Notes: a model not told the origin generated them from the letters alone. A DNA stretch of 64,000 nt from Dehalococcoidia bacterium (GCA_965200555.1 OZ241365.1:920605-984604), one strand, 5' to 3'; numbered from the stretch's first letter, positions 18,787-29,468 are shown. A program made the numbers and translations.

Positions 18787-19534
18787 CGGCGGCCTCCGCC
18801 CCCGCCGCGCGCGCCGCCCCGCCGGGCGCCGCCCCGCCGATCGAGGCGTCCTCGGCGAGCCGCATCGCGAAGACGGAGCCGAACGCGGCGGCCATCGCGT
18901 CCTCGACCGCGCGCATCGGCGGCGCGCCGTCCGGCAGCAGCCCGGCCATCGAGGCGACCCCGGCCCCGGCGATGCCGCACGGCACGATCCGCCCGAACCA
19001 CGAGAGGTCGGTCGAGACGTTGAGCGCGAGGCCGTGGCGGCTGACGCCGCGGCTGACGCGCACGCCGACGGCCGCGATCTTCGCGTCCCCCACCCACGCG
19101 CCGGGCCGCCCCTCGGCGCGGGCGGCCCCGATCCCGAACGCGCCGAGCGTCGCGATCGCGACGTCCTCGAGGCGCCGCACGTAGGCGGCGGCGCCGAGCC
19201 CGCGGCGGCGCAGGTCGAGGATCGGGTAGGCGACGAGCTGGCCGGGGCCGTGGAAGGTGACGTCGCCGCCGCGGTCGGTCGCGACGAGATCGGCGCCGCG
19301 GCGCGCGATGTCCTCGGGCGTGGCGAGCAGGCTGTCGCGCCGCCCGCGCGCGCCGAGGGTGAACACCGGCGGGTGCTCCAGCAGCGCGACGGCCTCGGGG
19401 CCGCGTCCGGCGGCGAGCGCCTCGGCGGCGGCGAGCTGCCAGCGCAGCGCGTCGCCGTAGGCGAGCACGCCCGCGCGCCACAGCGCGACGTCCGCCGTCG
19501 CCTCGGCGCCGCGCGCTGCGCGGATGGCGGTCAT
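18776..19534 (-). CDS. lipB: Octanoyltransferase (lipoyl(octanoyl) transferase)
   Basis: The start is taken at MTAIRAARGAE (ATG complement at 19532-19534), which is in-frame in the ORF 18776..19696. Motifs include RGGDVTFHGPGQLVAYPILDL, the AKIAAVGVRVSRGVSRHGLALNV active-site Lys, and VPCG. It overlaps the lipA start by 11 nt. Confidence 0.85.
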   Translation of the reverse strand: MTAIRAARGAEATADVALWRAGVLAYGDALRWQLAAAEALAAGRGPEAVALLEHPPVFTLGARGRRDSLLATPEDIARRGADLVATDRGGDVTFHGPGQLVAYPILDLRRRGLGAAAYVRRLEDVAIATLGAFGIGAARAEGRPGAWVGDAKIAAVGVRVSRGVSRHGLALNVSTDLSWFGRIVPCGIAGAGVASMAGLLPDGAPPMRAVEDAMAAAFGSVFAMRLAEDASIGGAAPGGAARAAGAEAAGAR

Positions 19535-19711
19535 GCGCCCTCCTCCGGCGCGGCCCCCGCGGCCCGCGCCTCCACGCAGTATAGGCCGCGCCGCCCGATA
19601 GCCGACGCTGCGACGTAAACGCCGAACTCCTTCCCGTGGTCGTTCCGATCCTCGCCCGGCCCCGGGACCTGCAGCTGGCGCGCCGGGGCGCGACACGCCC
19701 GGCGGAGCGCG

Positions 19712-20104
19712 TCAGCCGCGGGCGGGCGGGAGCTGCATCAGCTGGAGGGTGTTGCCGTCGGGGTCCTCGAACGTGGCGATGCGGCCGCCCCAGGGTTCGG
19801 CGGACGGCTCGCGCACGAAGGCGACGCCGGCCGCGCGCAGCCGCGCGGCGGCGGCCTCGACGTCGGCCACGGCGAAGTTGAGGAGGACGCGGCGGGAGTC
19901 GGCGTTGGCGCCGCGCACCCCGTCGTGCGCGCCGATCGTGAGGCGCACCCCGCCCCACTGGAAGTTGACGTGGCCCGGCCGGTCGGCCCGCGGCGTCAGG
20001 CCCAGCGTGTCCGCGTAGAAGGCGCGCAGCGCCCCGAAGCGCTCCGGCGCGACCCCGAGGATGACGCCGATCACCCCGCCGATCGCGTCCCCGCCGCCGC
20101 TCAC
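19712..20104 (-). CDS. VOC-family (glyoxalase/bleomycin-resistance fold) protein
   Basis: 130 aa. Pattern of a hydrophobic core plus H...E...: VNFQWGGVRLTIGAHDG ... GVAFVREPSAEPWGGRIATFEDPDGNTLQLMQ is typical of the VOC fold. Confidence 0.7.
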   Translation of the reverse strand: MSGGGDAIGGVIGVILGVAPERFGALRAFYADTLGLTPRADRPGHVNFQWGGVRLTIGAHDGVRGANADSRRVLLNFAVADVEAAAARLRAAGVAFVREPSAEPWGGRIATFEDPDGNTLQLMQLPPARG

Positions 20105-20158
20105 CGCGTCCCCGCTCCTCGCCGCCCGCGCGCGCCGCCCGGCCCCTCGGCCCCTCGC

Positions 20159-20395
20159 CTAGACGGGGAGCGCCTCGGCGGGCTCGCCGCGCGCGGCGTA
20201 GACCTCGCGGATCGCCGCCTCCAGCTCCTCCATCGAGCGGTAGGAGCGGTCGGGGATGGAGGCGAGCACGGCGAACACCTCGCGGTCGATGCCGCCCTGC
20301 ATCCGCGAGCGGCGCACGACCTCGTCGCGCGATGCGGGGAACAGCAGCCCCGCGAAAGCGTTGCGGTAATCGGCCCTGCCGGCGTGTACGACCAT
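20159..20395 (-). CDS. DUF2795 family small protein
   Basis: 78 aa. The ...ASRDEVVRRSRMQGGIDREVFAVLASIPDRSYRSMEELEAAI... pattern matches DUF2795 (recalled, not verified). Confidence 0.55.
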   Translation of the reverse strand: MVVHAGRADYRNAFAGLLFPASRDEVVRRSRMQGGIDREVFAVLASIPDRSYRSMEELEAAIREVYAARGEPAEALPV

Positions 20396-20481
20396 CGAGC
20401 CGCCTCCTCTCCCGCCGCCATCCTAGCGGCGTCCGCGCGCGGCGGCGAGCGCGCGCCGGCGGCGGCCGCTATCGTGGGGCC

Positions 20482-20631
20482 GTGCCCTACCGCGAAACGC
20501 CCCGCGAGGCGCGCTGCCGCTACTGCTTCGCGCCGACGGCGCGCGCCTGCATGCGCTGCGCCCATCCCGTCTGCGGCGACTGCGAGGCCCGCCACGACGC
20601 CTCGTTCGAGCACCGCGACTACACCGGCTGA
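20482..20631 (+). CDS. Possible small Cys-rich (zinc-ribbon-like) protein
   Basis: There is a GTG start and 49 aa with CRYC...CMRCAHPVCGDC. No homology is recognised, and it could be spurious. Confidence 0.25.
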   Translation: MPYRETPREARCRYCFAPTARACMRCAHPVCGDCEARHDASFEHRDYTG

Positions 20632-20640
20632 GCGCGCCCC

Positions 20641-20718
20641 TCGCGCCCCTCGCCCCGCGGGCCGGGGGTATACTCGCGGGCGCGCCGGCGGCCCGCCCGC
20701 CGGGGATCGGTTCGCGCC
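20641..20718 (+). promoter_or_regulatory. Conserved upstream element U1 (CCTCGCCCCGCGGGCCGGGGGTATACTCGCGGGCGCGCCGGCGGCCCGCCCGCCGGGGATCGGTTCGCGCC-ATG), putative promoter/leader with -10 TATACT at 20669-20674
   Basis: The element repeats nearly identically before each paralog (U2 21796..21871 with TATACT 21832-21837; U3 22925..23002 with TATACT 22953-22958). Confidence 0.45.
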
Positions 20719-21669
20719 ATGCGGTGGCGCTTGGCGTCCTTCGGTCTCGCGTTCCTCGCGATGGCGACCGTTGCCGTCGCGGTCTCCGTGCGCGGCGGCG
20801 GCCCGGCGCAGCCCCTCGTGGCGCCGACCGCGACCGTCGCGCCCGATGTCGCGCCCACCTCCCCGCCGATCCCGCGGGTGGCGCTGGGCCGCTATCTCGA
20901 GGGCGGAGGCACCTACGCCTTCCCCGGCGGCGCCTGGATCTTCGACGTGCCCGAGGGCATGCAGCTGCAGCACCACTGGCGGGCGAGCGGTGGCAGCGCA
21001 ACCTCTTACGGGTTCCTGAATCAGGCGACCGGCGCCTCTTTCAGTTTCAACGTGAAACCGGACAGCGCAGAGTTCCAGCTACAGGCACAGGCCACAATTC
21101 CCGCAGCTCGCGAGCTCGCTTCCGTTTGGCTGGACGCCGTAGAGGCGTCCGTCCGCCGCCCGCCGGGCTTCGTGGAGCCTCCGCCCACGCCCGTCCCGGG
21201 GCCGGGCGCGAACCCCGACGGCGTCCCCTACCTCCGCGGCTACGGCCTCCACGAAGAGGTGTTCGCGGGCGGGCGCACCTACGCCACTCCCGACGACCAG
21301 TGGCTCGTCGACGTGCCGGCCGGGCTCAGCGTCATGTTCCACGAGAATACCCAGGCCATGCCGACCTGCCTGGCACCCTCGACGGCGGCCTCGTGCGGTG
21401 AAGCCGTCGACACCTACGGTTTCGACGCCGTCGGGATACGGTCGAGCGTCTACATCAACAAAACGACGGGCAAGTTTGCTGGACGGAGCGGGGTCGTCAA
21501 CCCGCAGATGGATGCGTTGGCTGCTTCGTTCAAATCGGTTCGCGCCATGCGGTGGCGATGGGCGTCCTTCGGTCTCGCGTTCCTCGCGATGGCGGCCGTT
21601 GCCGTCGCGATCACCGTGCGCGCCGGCGACCCGGCGCAGCCCCTCGCGACGCCGACCGTTCGGTGGTGA
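20719..21669 (+). CDS. Secreted paralog P1 (signal anchor MRWRLASFGLAFLAMATVAVAV + two copies of a GGRTY...DVPxGM module), C-terminally fused in frame to a truncated next unit
   Basis: Read from the track translation. After ...MDALAASFKSV the ORF reads through RAMRWRWASFGLAFLAMAAVAVAITVRAGDPAQPLATPTVRW*, which is the N-terminus of another unit and indicates an unequal-crossover junction. Confidence 0.55.
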   Translation: MRWRLASFGLAFLAMATVAVAVSVRGGGPAQPLVAPTATVAPDVAPTSPPIPRVALGRYLEGGGTYAFPGGAWIFDVPEGMQLQHHWRASGGSATSYGFLNQATGASFSFNVKPDSAEFQLQAQATIPAARELASVWLDAVEASVRRPPGFVEPPPTPVPGPGANPDGVPYLRGYGLHEEVFAGGRTYATPDDQWLVDVPAGLSVMFHENTQAMPTCLAPSTAASCGEAVDTYGFDAVGIRSSVYINKTTGKFAGRSGVVNPQMDALAASFKSVRAMRWRWASFGLAFLAMAAVAVAITVRAGDPAQPLATPTVRW

Positions 21670-21793
21670 AGCCGTCGACACCTACCGTTTCGACGCCGTC
21701 GGGATACGGTCGAGCGTCTACATCAGCAAAACGACGGGCGAGTTTGCTGGACGGAGCGGGGCTGCGCTGGCTGCTTCGTTCAGGAAGCCGTAG
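21661..21793 (+). pseudogene. Orphan C-terminal fragment of a paralog unit (GEAVDTYRFDAVGIRSSVYISKTTGEFAGRSGAALAASFRKP*)
   Basis: Out of frame with P1; it matches the canonical unit C-terminus (...VNSQMDALAASFRKP*). Confidence 0.45.
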
Positions 21794-21795
21794 AA

Positions 21796-21871
21796 ACCGG
21801 CCTCGCCCCGCGGGCCGGGGGTATACTCGCGGGCGCGCCGGCGGCCCGCCCGCCGGGGATCGGTTCGCGCC
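21796..21871 (+). promoter_or_regulatory. Conserved upstream element U2 (TATACT 21832-21837)
   Basis: Near-identical to U1 and U3. Confidence 0.45.
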
Positions 21872-22927
21872 ATGCGGTGGCGCTTGGCGTCCTTCGGTCT
21901 CGCGTTCCTCGCGGTGGCGGCCGTCGCGGTCGCGATCGCCGTGCGCGCCGGCGGCCCGGCGCAGCCCCTCGCGGCGTCGACCGCGACCGTCGCGCCCGAT
22001 GTCGCGCCCACCGCCGCGCCGACGCTCACCCCCGAGACAGCTCCGGCGCCCACCCCCACGCCGATCCCGCAGGTGGAGCCCGGCGACTTCCTCGAGGGCG
22101 GACGCACCTACGCCCTCCCCGGCGGCGCCTGGATCTTCGACGTGCCCGAGGGCATGCGCCTGTGGCACAACGGAGACGAACCGGGGAAGAACCCCGGGGA
22201 CCCGCCGAACGGCTTCGGCTTCATGGACCGCGTGACCGGCTCCCTGATCACCATCTACCTGCGGCCGGACGGGTCCCTCGACTTCTACGGCTTCAACTAC
22301 GGGTCCACTCCCGAGGCCCGCGAGCTCGCGGACGCCTGGCTGCCCGCGATCGAGGCGTCCCTCCGCCGCCCGCCGGGCTTCGTGGAGCCTCCGCCCACGC
22401 CCGCGCCCGTCTTCCCGGGTCCGGGCGCGAACCCCGACGGCGTCCCCTACCTGCGCGACTACGGCCTCCACGACGAGGTGTTCGCGGGCGGGCGCACCTA
22501 CGCCACTCCCGACGACAAGTGGCTCGTCGACGTGCCGGCCGGGCTCAGCGTCATGTTCCACGAGAATACCCAGGCCATGTCGGTCTGCCCGCCGGGCTCG
22601 AGGGCCTCGTGCGGTGAAGCCGTCGACACCTACCTTTTCGACGCCGTCGGGATATGGTCGAGCGTCTACATCAGCAAAACGACGGGCAAGGTCGCTGGAC
22701 GGATCGCTGGACGGAGCGGGGATGTCAACTCGCAGATGGATGCGTTGGCCGCTTCGTTCAGATCGGTTCGCGCCATGCGGTGGCGCCGGGCGTCCTTCGG
22801 TCTCGCGTTCCTCGCGATGGGGGCCGTTGCCGTCGCGATCACCGTGCGCGCCAGCGAGTTTGCTGGACGAAGCGGGGTCGTCAACTCGCAGATGGATGCG
22901 CTGGCTGCTTCGTTCAGGAAGCCGTAG
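21872..22927 (+). CDS. Secreted paralog P2 (most complete copy; signal anchor, PT linker, two GGRTY...DVPxGM modules, C-terminus ...ASFRKP)
   Basis: 351 aa. It contains the in-frame micro-unit insert RAMRWRRASFGLAFLAMGAVAVAITVRA before the canonical C-terminus. Confidence 0.55.
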   Translation: MRWRLASFGLAFLAVAAVAVAIAVRAGGPAQPLAASTATVAPDVAPTAAPTLTPETAPAPTPTPIPQVEPGDFLEGGRTYALPGGAWIFDVPEGMRLWHNGDEPGKNPGDPPNGFGFMDRVTGSLITIYLRPDGSLDFYGFNYGSTPEARELADAWLPAIEASLRRPPGFVEPPPTPAPVFPGPGANPDGVPYLRDYGLHDEVFAGGRTYATPDDKWLVDVPAGLSVMFHENTQAMSVCPPGSRASCGEAVDTYLFDAVGIWSSVYISKTTGKVAGRIAGRSGDVNSQMDALAASFRSVRAMRWRRASFGLAFLAMGAVAVAITVRASEFAGRSGVVNSQMDALAASFRKP

Positions 22928-23002
22928 AACCGGCCTGCCCGCGGGCCGGGGGTATACTCGCGGGCGCGTCGGCGGCCTGCCCGCCGGGAATCGGTTCGCG
23001 CC
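22925..23002 (+). promoter_or_regulatory. Conserved upstream element U3 (TATACT 22953-22958)
   Basis: Near-identical to U1 and U2. Confidence 0.45.
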
Positions 23003-23737
23003 ATGCGGTGGCGCTTGGCGTCCTTCGGTCTCGCGTCCCTCGCGGTGGCGGCCGTCGCGGTCGCGGTCGCCGTGCGCGCCGGCGGCCCGGCGCAGCCCCT
23101 CGCGGCGTCGACCGCGACCGTCGCGCCCGAGGCCGCGCCCACCGTCGCGCCGACGCTCACCCCCGAGACAGATCCGGCGCCCACCCCCACGCCGATCCCG
23201 CAGGTGGAGCCCGACGCCGACCTCGAGGGCGGACGCACCTACGCCCTCGGGGGCGCCTGGATCTTCGACGTGCCCGAGGGCATGCGCCTGTGGCACACCG
23301 GGGGACCGCCGGGCGGCTTCGGCTTCATGGACCGCGTGACCGGTTCCGTGATCACCATCTACCTGCAGCCGGACGGGTCCCTCGACTTCTACGGCTTCAA
23401 CCACGGGTCCACCCCCGAGGAGCGTGAGCTCGCGGACGCCTGGCTGCCCGCGATCGAGGCGTCCGTCCGCCGCCCGCCGGGCTATGTGTACCCTCCGCCC
23501 ACGCCCGCGCCCGTCTTCCCGGGGCCGGGCGCGAACCCCGACGGCGTCCCCTACCTCCGCGACTACGGCTTCCACGAAGAGGTGTTCGAGGGCGGGCGCA
23601 CCTACGCCACTCCCGACGACCAGTGGCTCGTCGACGTGCCGACGGGCATCAGCATCCGCTTGGGCCTTGTGTTGGTTATGGCACATACCCTGCATACCCC
23701 GCACCCGCCCGCCACCGAAGCGTATAAAATTTTCTAA
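23003..23737 (+). pseudogene. Paralog P3, C-terminally disrupted
   Basis: Homology to P1/P2 holds up to ...WLVDVPTGISI and then diverges into a lower-GC segment (about 23650-23830), ending KIF*. The canonical C-terminal motif (YLDMLAASFRR) reappears in another frame (ORF 23424..23981), and further unit fragments extend to about 23960. Confidence 0.5.
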
Positions 23738-24116
23738 TGACGCGGACACGGCGGAATGGATAGCCGTCAGCAAGGACAGAGGCAGAGTCGTCGGTATCAG
23801 TGGCCAGCCCGGTCGTCCCGACAACACGTATCTGGATATGCTGGCTGCCTCGTTCAGAAGGAACTCCACGCCTGCAGACACCTCGACGCTCGTCTCCGCG
23901 CTCTGCTGCGCGCTCCTGCTCGGCCTCAACGCAGCACGCCGATCCCGCAGGCGGCGCTCGGCGCGTTCTCGCGTCCCGTAATCCGATCGCCGGCGGGCCG
24001 GACGGCGCGCCGCGCCCGCGCGCCGGCGCGGGCCGCGGGCACGCGCAGGAAGCGCCGCCGCAGCGCGGCGGGCCGCGCCGCTTCACGCGGCGAGGGGCGG
24101 CGCGTACCCTTGAGGC

Positions 24117-24965
24117 ATGACTGGACGCGGGCCGGGGCGCGCCGCAGCGGCGTCCGCAAGCGCCGTCGTCGGCGTCATGGACTCCGGCGTCGGCGGCCTC
24201 AGCGTCGTCGAGGCGATGCAGCGCGCGATGCCGGCGCTGCCCGTCCGCTACCTCGCCGACACCGCCCGCTTCCCCTACGGCGACCGGCCGGCGGCGGAGA
24301 TCGCCGCGCGCGTGCTCGAACTCGGCGAGCGGCTCGCGGGCGAGGGCTGCGCGCTGCTCGTCGTCGCCTGCAACACCGCCTCCTCGGCCGCCCTCGAATG
24401 GCTGCGCGAGCGCCTCGACGCGCCGGTGGTGGGCATGGAGCCGCCGCTCAAGCCGGCCGCCGAGCGCACCCGCAGCGGGCGCGTGGCCGTGCTCGTGACC
24501 GCCGCCACCGCGGGCGGCGAGCGGCTGGCGCGGCTGCACGCCAGCCACGCCGCTGGCCGCGAGGTGCTGACCGTGCCCATGCCGGGCCTCGCCGACCTCG
24601 TCGAGGCGGGCGAGCTGGCGGGGCCGCGCGTCGCGGCGATCCTCGAGGCGGCGGCGGCGCGGCTGCGCGCGGCCGGCGTCGACGAGGTGGCGCTGGGGTG
24701 CACGCACTACGCCTTCCTGCGGCCCGCGCTGGAGGCGCTGCTCGGCCCGGGCGTCGGCGTCATCGACGCCGCCGAGCCGGTCGCGCGGCGCGTGCGCCAG
24801 CAGCTGGCCGAGCACGGCCTGCCCGCGCCCGCCGGCGGCCCTCCCGCCGAGGCCGAGTGCGCCGCCACCGGCGACCCCGAGGCGTTCGCGGCGAGCCTCG
24901 AACGCCTGCGCGCCGCCGGCGCCCGCCTGCCCGCGCTGCGCCTCGCGAGCGGGGCGGCGGCGTGA
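24117..24965 (+). CDS. murI: Glutamate racemase
   Basis: MDSGVGGLSV (canonical FDSGVGGL), the active-site Cys in VVACNTAS, and the second Cys in GCTHY. An alternative start is the ATG at 24177. The stop overlaps the pyrF GTG (GTGA). Confidence 0.88.
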   Translation: MTGRGPGRAAAASASAVVGVMDSGVGGLSVVEAMQRAMPALPVRYLADTARFPYGDRPAAEIAARVLELGERLAGEGCALLVVACNTASSAALEWLRERLDAPVVGMEPPLKPAAERTRSGRVAVLVTAATAGGERLARLHASHAAGREVLTVPMPGLADLVEAGELAGPRVAAILEAAAARLRAAGVDEVALGCTHYAFLRPALEALLGPGVGVIDAAEPVARRVRQQLAEHGLPAPAGGPPAEAECAATGDPEAFAASLERLRAAGARLPALRLASGAAA

Positions 24966-25786
24966 GCGCCGCGCCCGCGCCGCGCACCTTCCGCGAGCGC
25001 CTCGAGGCCGCCGCCGCCGCCCACGGCTCGCTGCTCTGCGTCGGCCTCGACCCCGACCCCGAGCGCATCCCCCGCGGCGTCGCCGTCCGCGACTTCCTCG
25101 CCGCGATCGTCGAGGCGACCGCCGACCTCGTGTGCTGCTACAAGCCCAACGCCGCCTTCTTCGAGTCGCGCGGGCCCGAGGGCTACGAGGAGCTGAGGGC
25201 GCTGATCGCGTCCCTCCCCGACGGCGCGCCGGTGCTGCTCGACGCCAAGCGCGGCGACATCGGCCACAGCGCCGGGCACTACGCGCGCGCCGTCTTCGGG
25301 CAGCTCGGCGCGCACGCCGTCACCGTCAGCCCCTGGCTCGGCCGCGACGCGGTGGAGCCGTTCCTCGCGTGGGAGGACCGGCACAGCTTCGTGCTGTGCC
25401 GCACCTCGAACGCGGGGGCGGGCGACTTCCAGGACCTGCGCGCGGGCGAGGGGGGCCGTCCGCTCTACCTCGAGGTGGCGGCGGCGGCGGCGGCGTGGAA
25501 CGGGCGCGGCAACGTCGGCCTCGTCGTCGGCGCGACCTGGCCGGACGAGGCGCGCGAGGTGCGCGCGCTCTGCCCCGACATGCTGCTGCTGCTGCCCGGC
25601 GCCGGCGCGCAGGGCGGGGCGCTGGAGGACGCCGTCCGCGCGGCGCGCGACGCGAACGGCGGCGGCGTCATCGTCAACGCCTCGCGGGACGTGCTCTACG
25701 CCTCGGACGGCGCGGACTTCGCCGCCGCCGCCCGCCGCGAGGCGCGCCGCCTGCGCGACGCGATCGAGACGGCGCGGCGGTCGTGA
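24962..25786 (+). CDS. pyrF: Orotidine 5'-phosphate decarboxylase (type 2)
   Basis: It has LCVGLDP, DAKRGDIG (catalytic DxKxxD), and a length of about 275 aa, typical of the actinobacterial/type-2 PyrF. Confidence 0.88.
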   Translation: MSAAPAPRTFRERLEAAAAAHGSLLCVGLDPDPERIPRGVAVRDFLAAIVEATADLVCCYKPNAAFFESRGPEGYEELRALIASLPDGAPVLLDAKRGDIGHSAGHYARAVFGQLGAHAVTVSPWLGRDAVEPFLAWEDRHSFVLCRTSNAGAGDFQDLRAGEGGRPLYLEVAAAAAAWNGRGNVGLVVGATWPDEAREVRALCPDMLLLLPGAGAQGGALEDAVRAARDANGGGVIVNASRDVLYASDGADFAAAARREARRLRDAIETARRS

Positions 25787-25812
25787 GGCGCGCCCGGCCC
25801 GCCACGGCGTTC

Positions 25813-25842
25813 GTTGACGCCCTCGGATGGGCGAACCTACAC
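25813..25842 (+). promoter_or_regulatory. Sigma70-like promoter TTGACG-18 nt-TACACT upstream of the bifunctional nuclease gene
   Basis: TTGACG is at 25813-25818 and TACACT at 25837-25842. A GGAGG RBS precedes the ATG at 25877. Confidence 0.4.
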
Positions 25843-25876
25843 TCCGCAGCGGCCCGGCGCGGAGGCGGGCCGTCCG

Positions 25877-26467
25877 ATGATCGAGATGACTATCGAGTCG
25901 ATCCGCGTGAGTCTCCGCAACTACCAGCGGGTCGTGATCCTGCGCGAGCAGGGATCCGACCGCTACCTCCCGATCTGGATCGGCCCCGCCGAGGCCGACG
26001 CCATCGCCGTCCGCCTGCAGGAGCAGTCCGTCGCCCGCCCGCTCACCCACGACCTGCTCAACAACGTGATCGGCGAGTTCGGCGGCGCCGTCCGCTTCGT
26101 CGTCGTCAACGACCTCGAGAACGACACCTTCTTCGCCCGCATCCACGTCGAGCACGACGGGCGCACGATCGAGGTCGACTCGCGCCCCTCCGACGCGATC
26201 GCGCTGGCCGTGCGCGCGGGCGTCCCGATCTACGCCAGCGAGTCCGTGCTCGACCGCGCCGGCGTCCTCCTCAACGCCGAGGGCGAGCGCGTCGAGGAGG
26301 CCGGCCAGCCTCCCGCCGTCACCCCCGAGGAGCTGGAGAAGCTGTCCGCCTTCAGCGACTTCATCGGCGAGCTCGACCTCGACACCCTCGGCGAGGGCCC
26401 GGACAGCGGCGACGGAGGCGGCGGGGACGAGGACGACGAGGGCGGCGCGCCGGCGGCCGGCCGCTGA
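25877..26467 (+). CDS. Bifunctional nuclease family protein (BFN/DUF151 domain) with acidic C-terminal tail
   Basis: MIEMTIESIRVSL...YLPIWIGPAEADAIA...RPLTHDL....RIHVE...DSRPSDAIALAVRAGVPIY is a good match to the BFN-domain pattern. The start is chosen at the ATG with an RBS rather than the track start at 25814. Confidence 0.7.
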   Translation: MIEMTIESIRVSLRNYQRVVILREQGSDRYLPIWIGPAEADAIAVRLQEQSVARPLTHDLLNNVIGEFGGAVRFVVVNDLENDTFFARIHVEHDGRTIEVDSRPSDAIALAVRAGVPIYASESVLDRAGVLLNAEGERVEEAGQPPAVTPEELEKLSAFSDFIGELDLDTLGEGPDSGDGGGGDEDDEGGAPAAGR

Positions 26468-26526
26468 CGGCGGCGCGCCGGCTTCCGCGTCCGCAGCCCC
26501 GCGCGGGCCCGCCGCGTGCGGGCGCT

Positions 26527-26555
26527 TTGATCGATGGATCGGCGCGTGCTAGTCT
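26527..26555 (+). promoter_or_regulatory. Putative ATP synthase operon promoter TTGATC-17 nt-TAGTCT
   Basis: TTGATC is at 26527-26532 and TAGTCT at 26550-26555, about 30 nt upstream of the atpZ-like GTG. Confidence 0.35.
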
Positions 26556-26586
26556 CCCGACGGCCTCGCGGCGGAGGGACTGGCGC

Positions 26587-26820
26587 GTGGCCGTATGGAG
26601 ATCTCCGGCGGTCGGGCTGATCGGCATCGGCTTCTACCTGGCCACGTCGATCGTCGGGCTGACCATCGTGGGGACGCTGCTCGATCGCCGGTTCGGAAGC
26701 GAGCCGGTTCTCACGCTGGCGTTCCTGGTGCTGGGGCTGCTGGTGGGCTTCACGGGAGCGTGGCGGCAGCTGCGGACGGTGCTCCGCCACGCGGACGGGC
26801 GGAGCGGGGAGAGTCGCTGA
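26587..26820 (+). CDS. atpZ: AtpZ/AtpI-family small membrane protein preceding atpB
   Basis: It has a GTG start with a GGAGGG RBS and is 77 aa with two TM helices (AVGLIGIGFYLATSIVGLTIVGTLLD...VLTLAFLVLGLLVGFTGAW). It ends one codon before the atpB GTG. Confidence 0.6.
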   Translation: MAVWRSPAVGLIGIGFYLATSIVGLTIVGTLLDRRFGSEPVLTLAFLVLGLLVGFTGAWRQLRTVLRHADGRSGESR

Positions 26821-28231
<1,411 letters not shown>

Positions 28232-28271
28232 GGCGCCCTCGGGCGCGGCGCGGCGAGCGGGGCGAGGGACG

Positions 28272-28916
28272 ATGATCGAGCGAATGCGCGGAAGCGCGGC
28301 GCGGCCCGGCGCGCGCGCGGCGGCCGTGGCGGGCGGGCTGCTGCTCGCCGCCGCGCCCGCCGCGGCCGGCGCGGCGGAGGAGGCCGGCAGCGGCGGCATC
28401 GCCGCGCTCGGCTTCAGCCTGCCCTCGCTGGTGTCCAACCTGATCAACTTCACGATCCTGCTGATCGTGCTGCGGGTCTTCCTCTACAAGCCCGTCCTGC
28501 GGCTCCTCGACGAGCGCAAGGCGCGCATCCAGGAGGGCCTCGACGCCGCCTCGCGCGCGGCCTCCGACGCCTCCGACGCCGAGGCCGAGGCGCGGCGCAC
28601 GATCGAGGACGCCCAGCGCCAGGCGCGCGAACTCGTCGCGCAGGCGCAGGAGGGCGCAGCCCAGCTGCGCGCCGAACTCGAGGAGCGCGCCCGCGCCGAC
28701 GCCGAACAGATCGTCGCCCGCGCGCGCGAGGAAGTGCAGACCGAGCGCGACCAGGCGATCGAACTGCTCCGCCGCGAGTTCGCCGGCCTCACCATCGTCG
28801 CCGCCGAGCGCGTCACCCGGCAGTCGCTCGACCGCGCGGCCCACCAGCGCCTGATCGACGAGGTGCTGGCCGAGGGCGGCCCCGGCGGCGGCGGCGGCCT
28901 GGCGGGCGGAGGCTAG
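28272..28916 (+). CDS. atpF: F-type ATP synthase subunit b
   Basis: It has one TM helix ([20 protein letters not shown]) followed by a long charged coiled coil, and a Gly-rich C-terminal tail. Confidence 0.85.
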   Translation: MIERMRGSAARPGARAAAVAGGLLLAAAPAAAGAAEEAGSGGIAALGFSLPSLVSNLINFTILLIVLRVFLYKPVLRLLDERKARIQEGLDAASRAASDASDAEAEARRTIEDAQRQARELVAQAQEGAAQLRAELEERARADAEQIVARAREEVQTERDQAIELLRREFAGLTIVAAERVTRQSLDRAAHQRLIDEVLAEGGPGGGGGLAGGG

Positions 28917-28919
28917 GCG

Positions 28920-29468
28920 ATGGCCGAGGCGCGGGACGTCGCGGGCCGCCGCTACGCGCTGGCGATCATGGCCTTCCTCGACGAGGACGAGGCCTCCGCC
29001 GCCGCCTGGAGCGCCGCCGTGGACGGCCTCGAGGCGCTGACCTCGCAGGCCTCCTACGTCGCCGCGCTGCAGTCCGACGGCATGACCGACGAGCGCTTCC
29101 GCGCCGTCGCCGAGCGCGTCGCCCCCGGCATCGGCGGGCCGCAGCTCAACCTGCTGCGGCTGCTGCGCCGCAAGAACCGGCTCGCGCTCGGCTCCTCGAT
29201 CGCCTCCTACTACCGCGAGCTGCTGGACGAGCGGCGGGGCGTGGCGCGGGCGCTGGTCCGCACCGCCGTCGAGCTCGACGACGAGCGCAGGCGGCGCTTC
29301 GGCGAGGAGCTGGCGCGGCGCACCGGGCGCAGCGTCGAACTCGAAACCGAGGTCGATCCCGACCTGATCGGCGGCGCGGTGATCCGCATCGGCGACCGCC
29401 TGATCGACGGGTCGACGCGCGCGGCGCTGCGCGGGCTGCGCCAGCGCCTGGAGCAGGGAACCCTCTAG
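28920..29468 (+). CDS. atpH: F-type ATP synthase subunit delta (OSCP)
   Basis: Position within the operon, a length of 182 aa, and the C-terminal [16 protein letters not shown] motif typical of delta. Confidence 0.85.
   Translation: MAEARDVAGRRYALAIMAFLDEDEASAAAWSAAVDGLEALTSQASYVAALQSDGMTDERFRAVAERVAPGIGGPQLNLLRLLRRKNRLALGSSIASYYRELLDERRGVARALVRTAVELDDERRRRFGEELARRTGRSVELETEVDPDLIGGAVIRIGDRLIDGSTRAALRGLRQRLEQGTL

Noticed and set aside
20641-23002. Regularly spaced ~78-bp direct repeats (U1-U3) that could be mistaken for a CRISPR-like array
   Set aside because: The spacing is about 1.1 kb rather than 25-50 bp. The repeats end in a start codon and sit before homologous ORFs. They are interpreted as duplicated promoter/leader regions of a tandem gene array.
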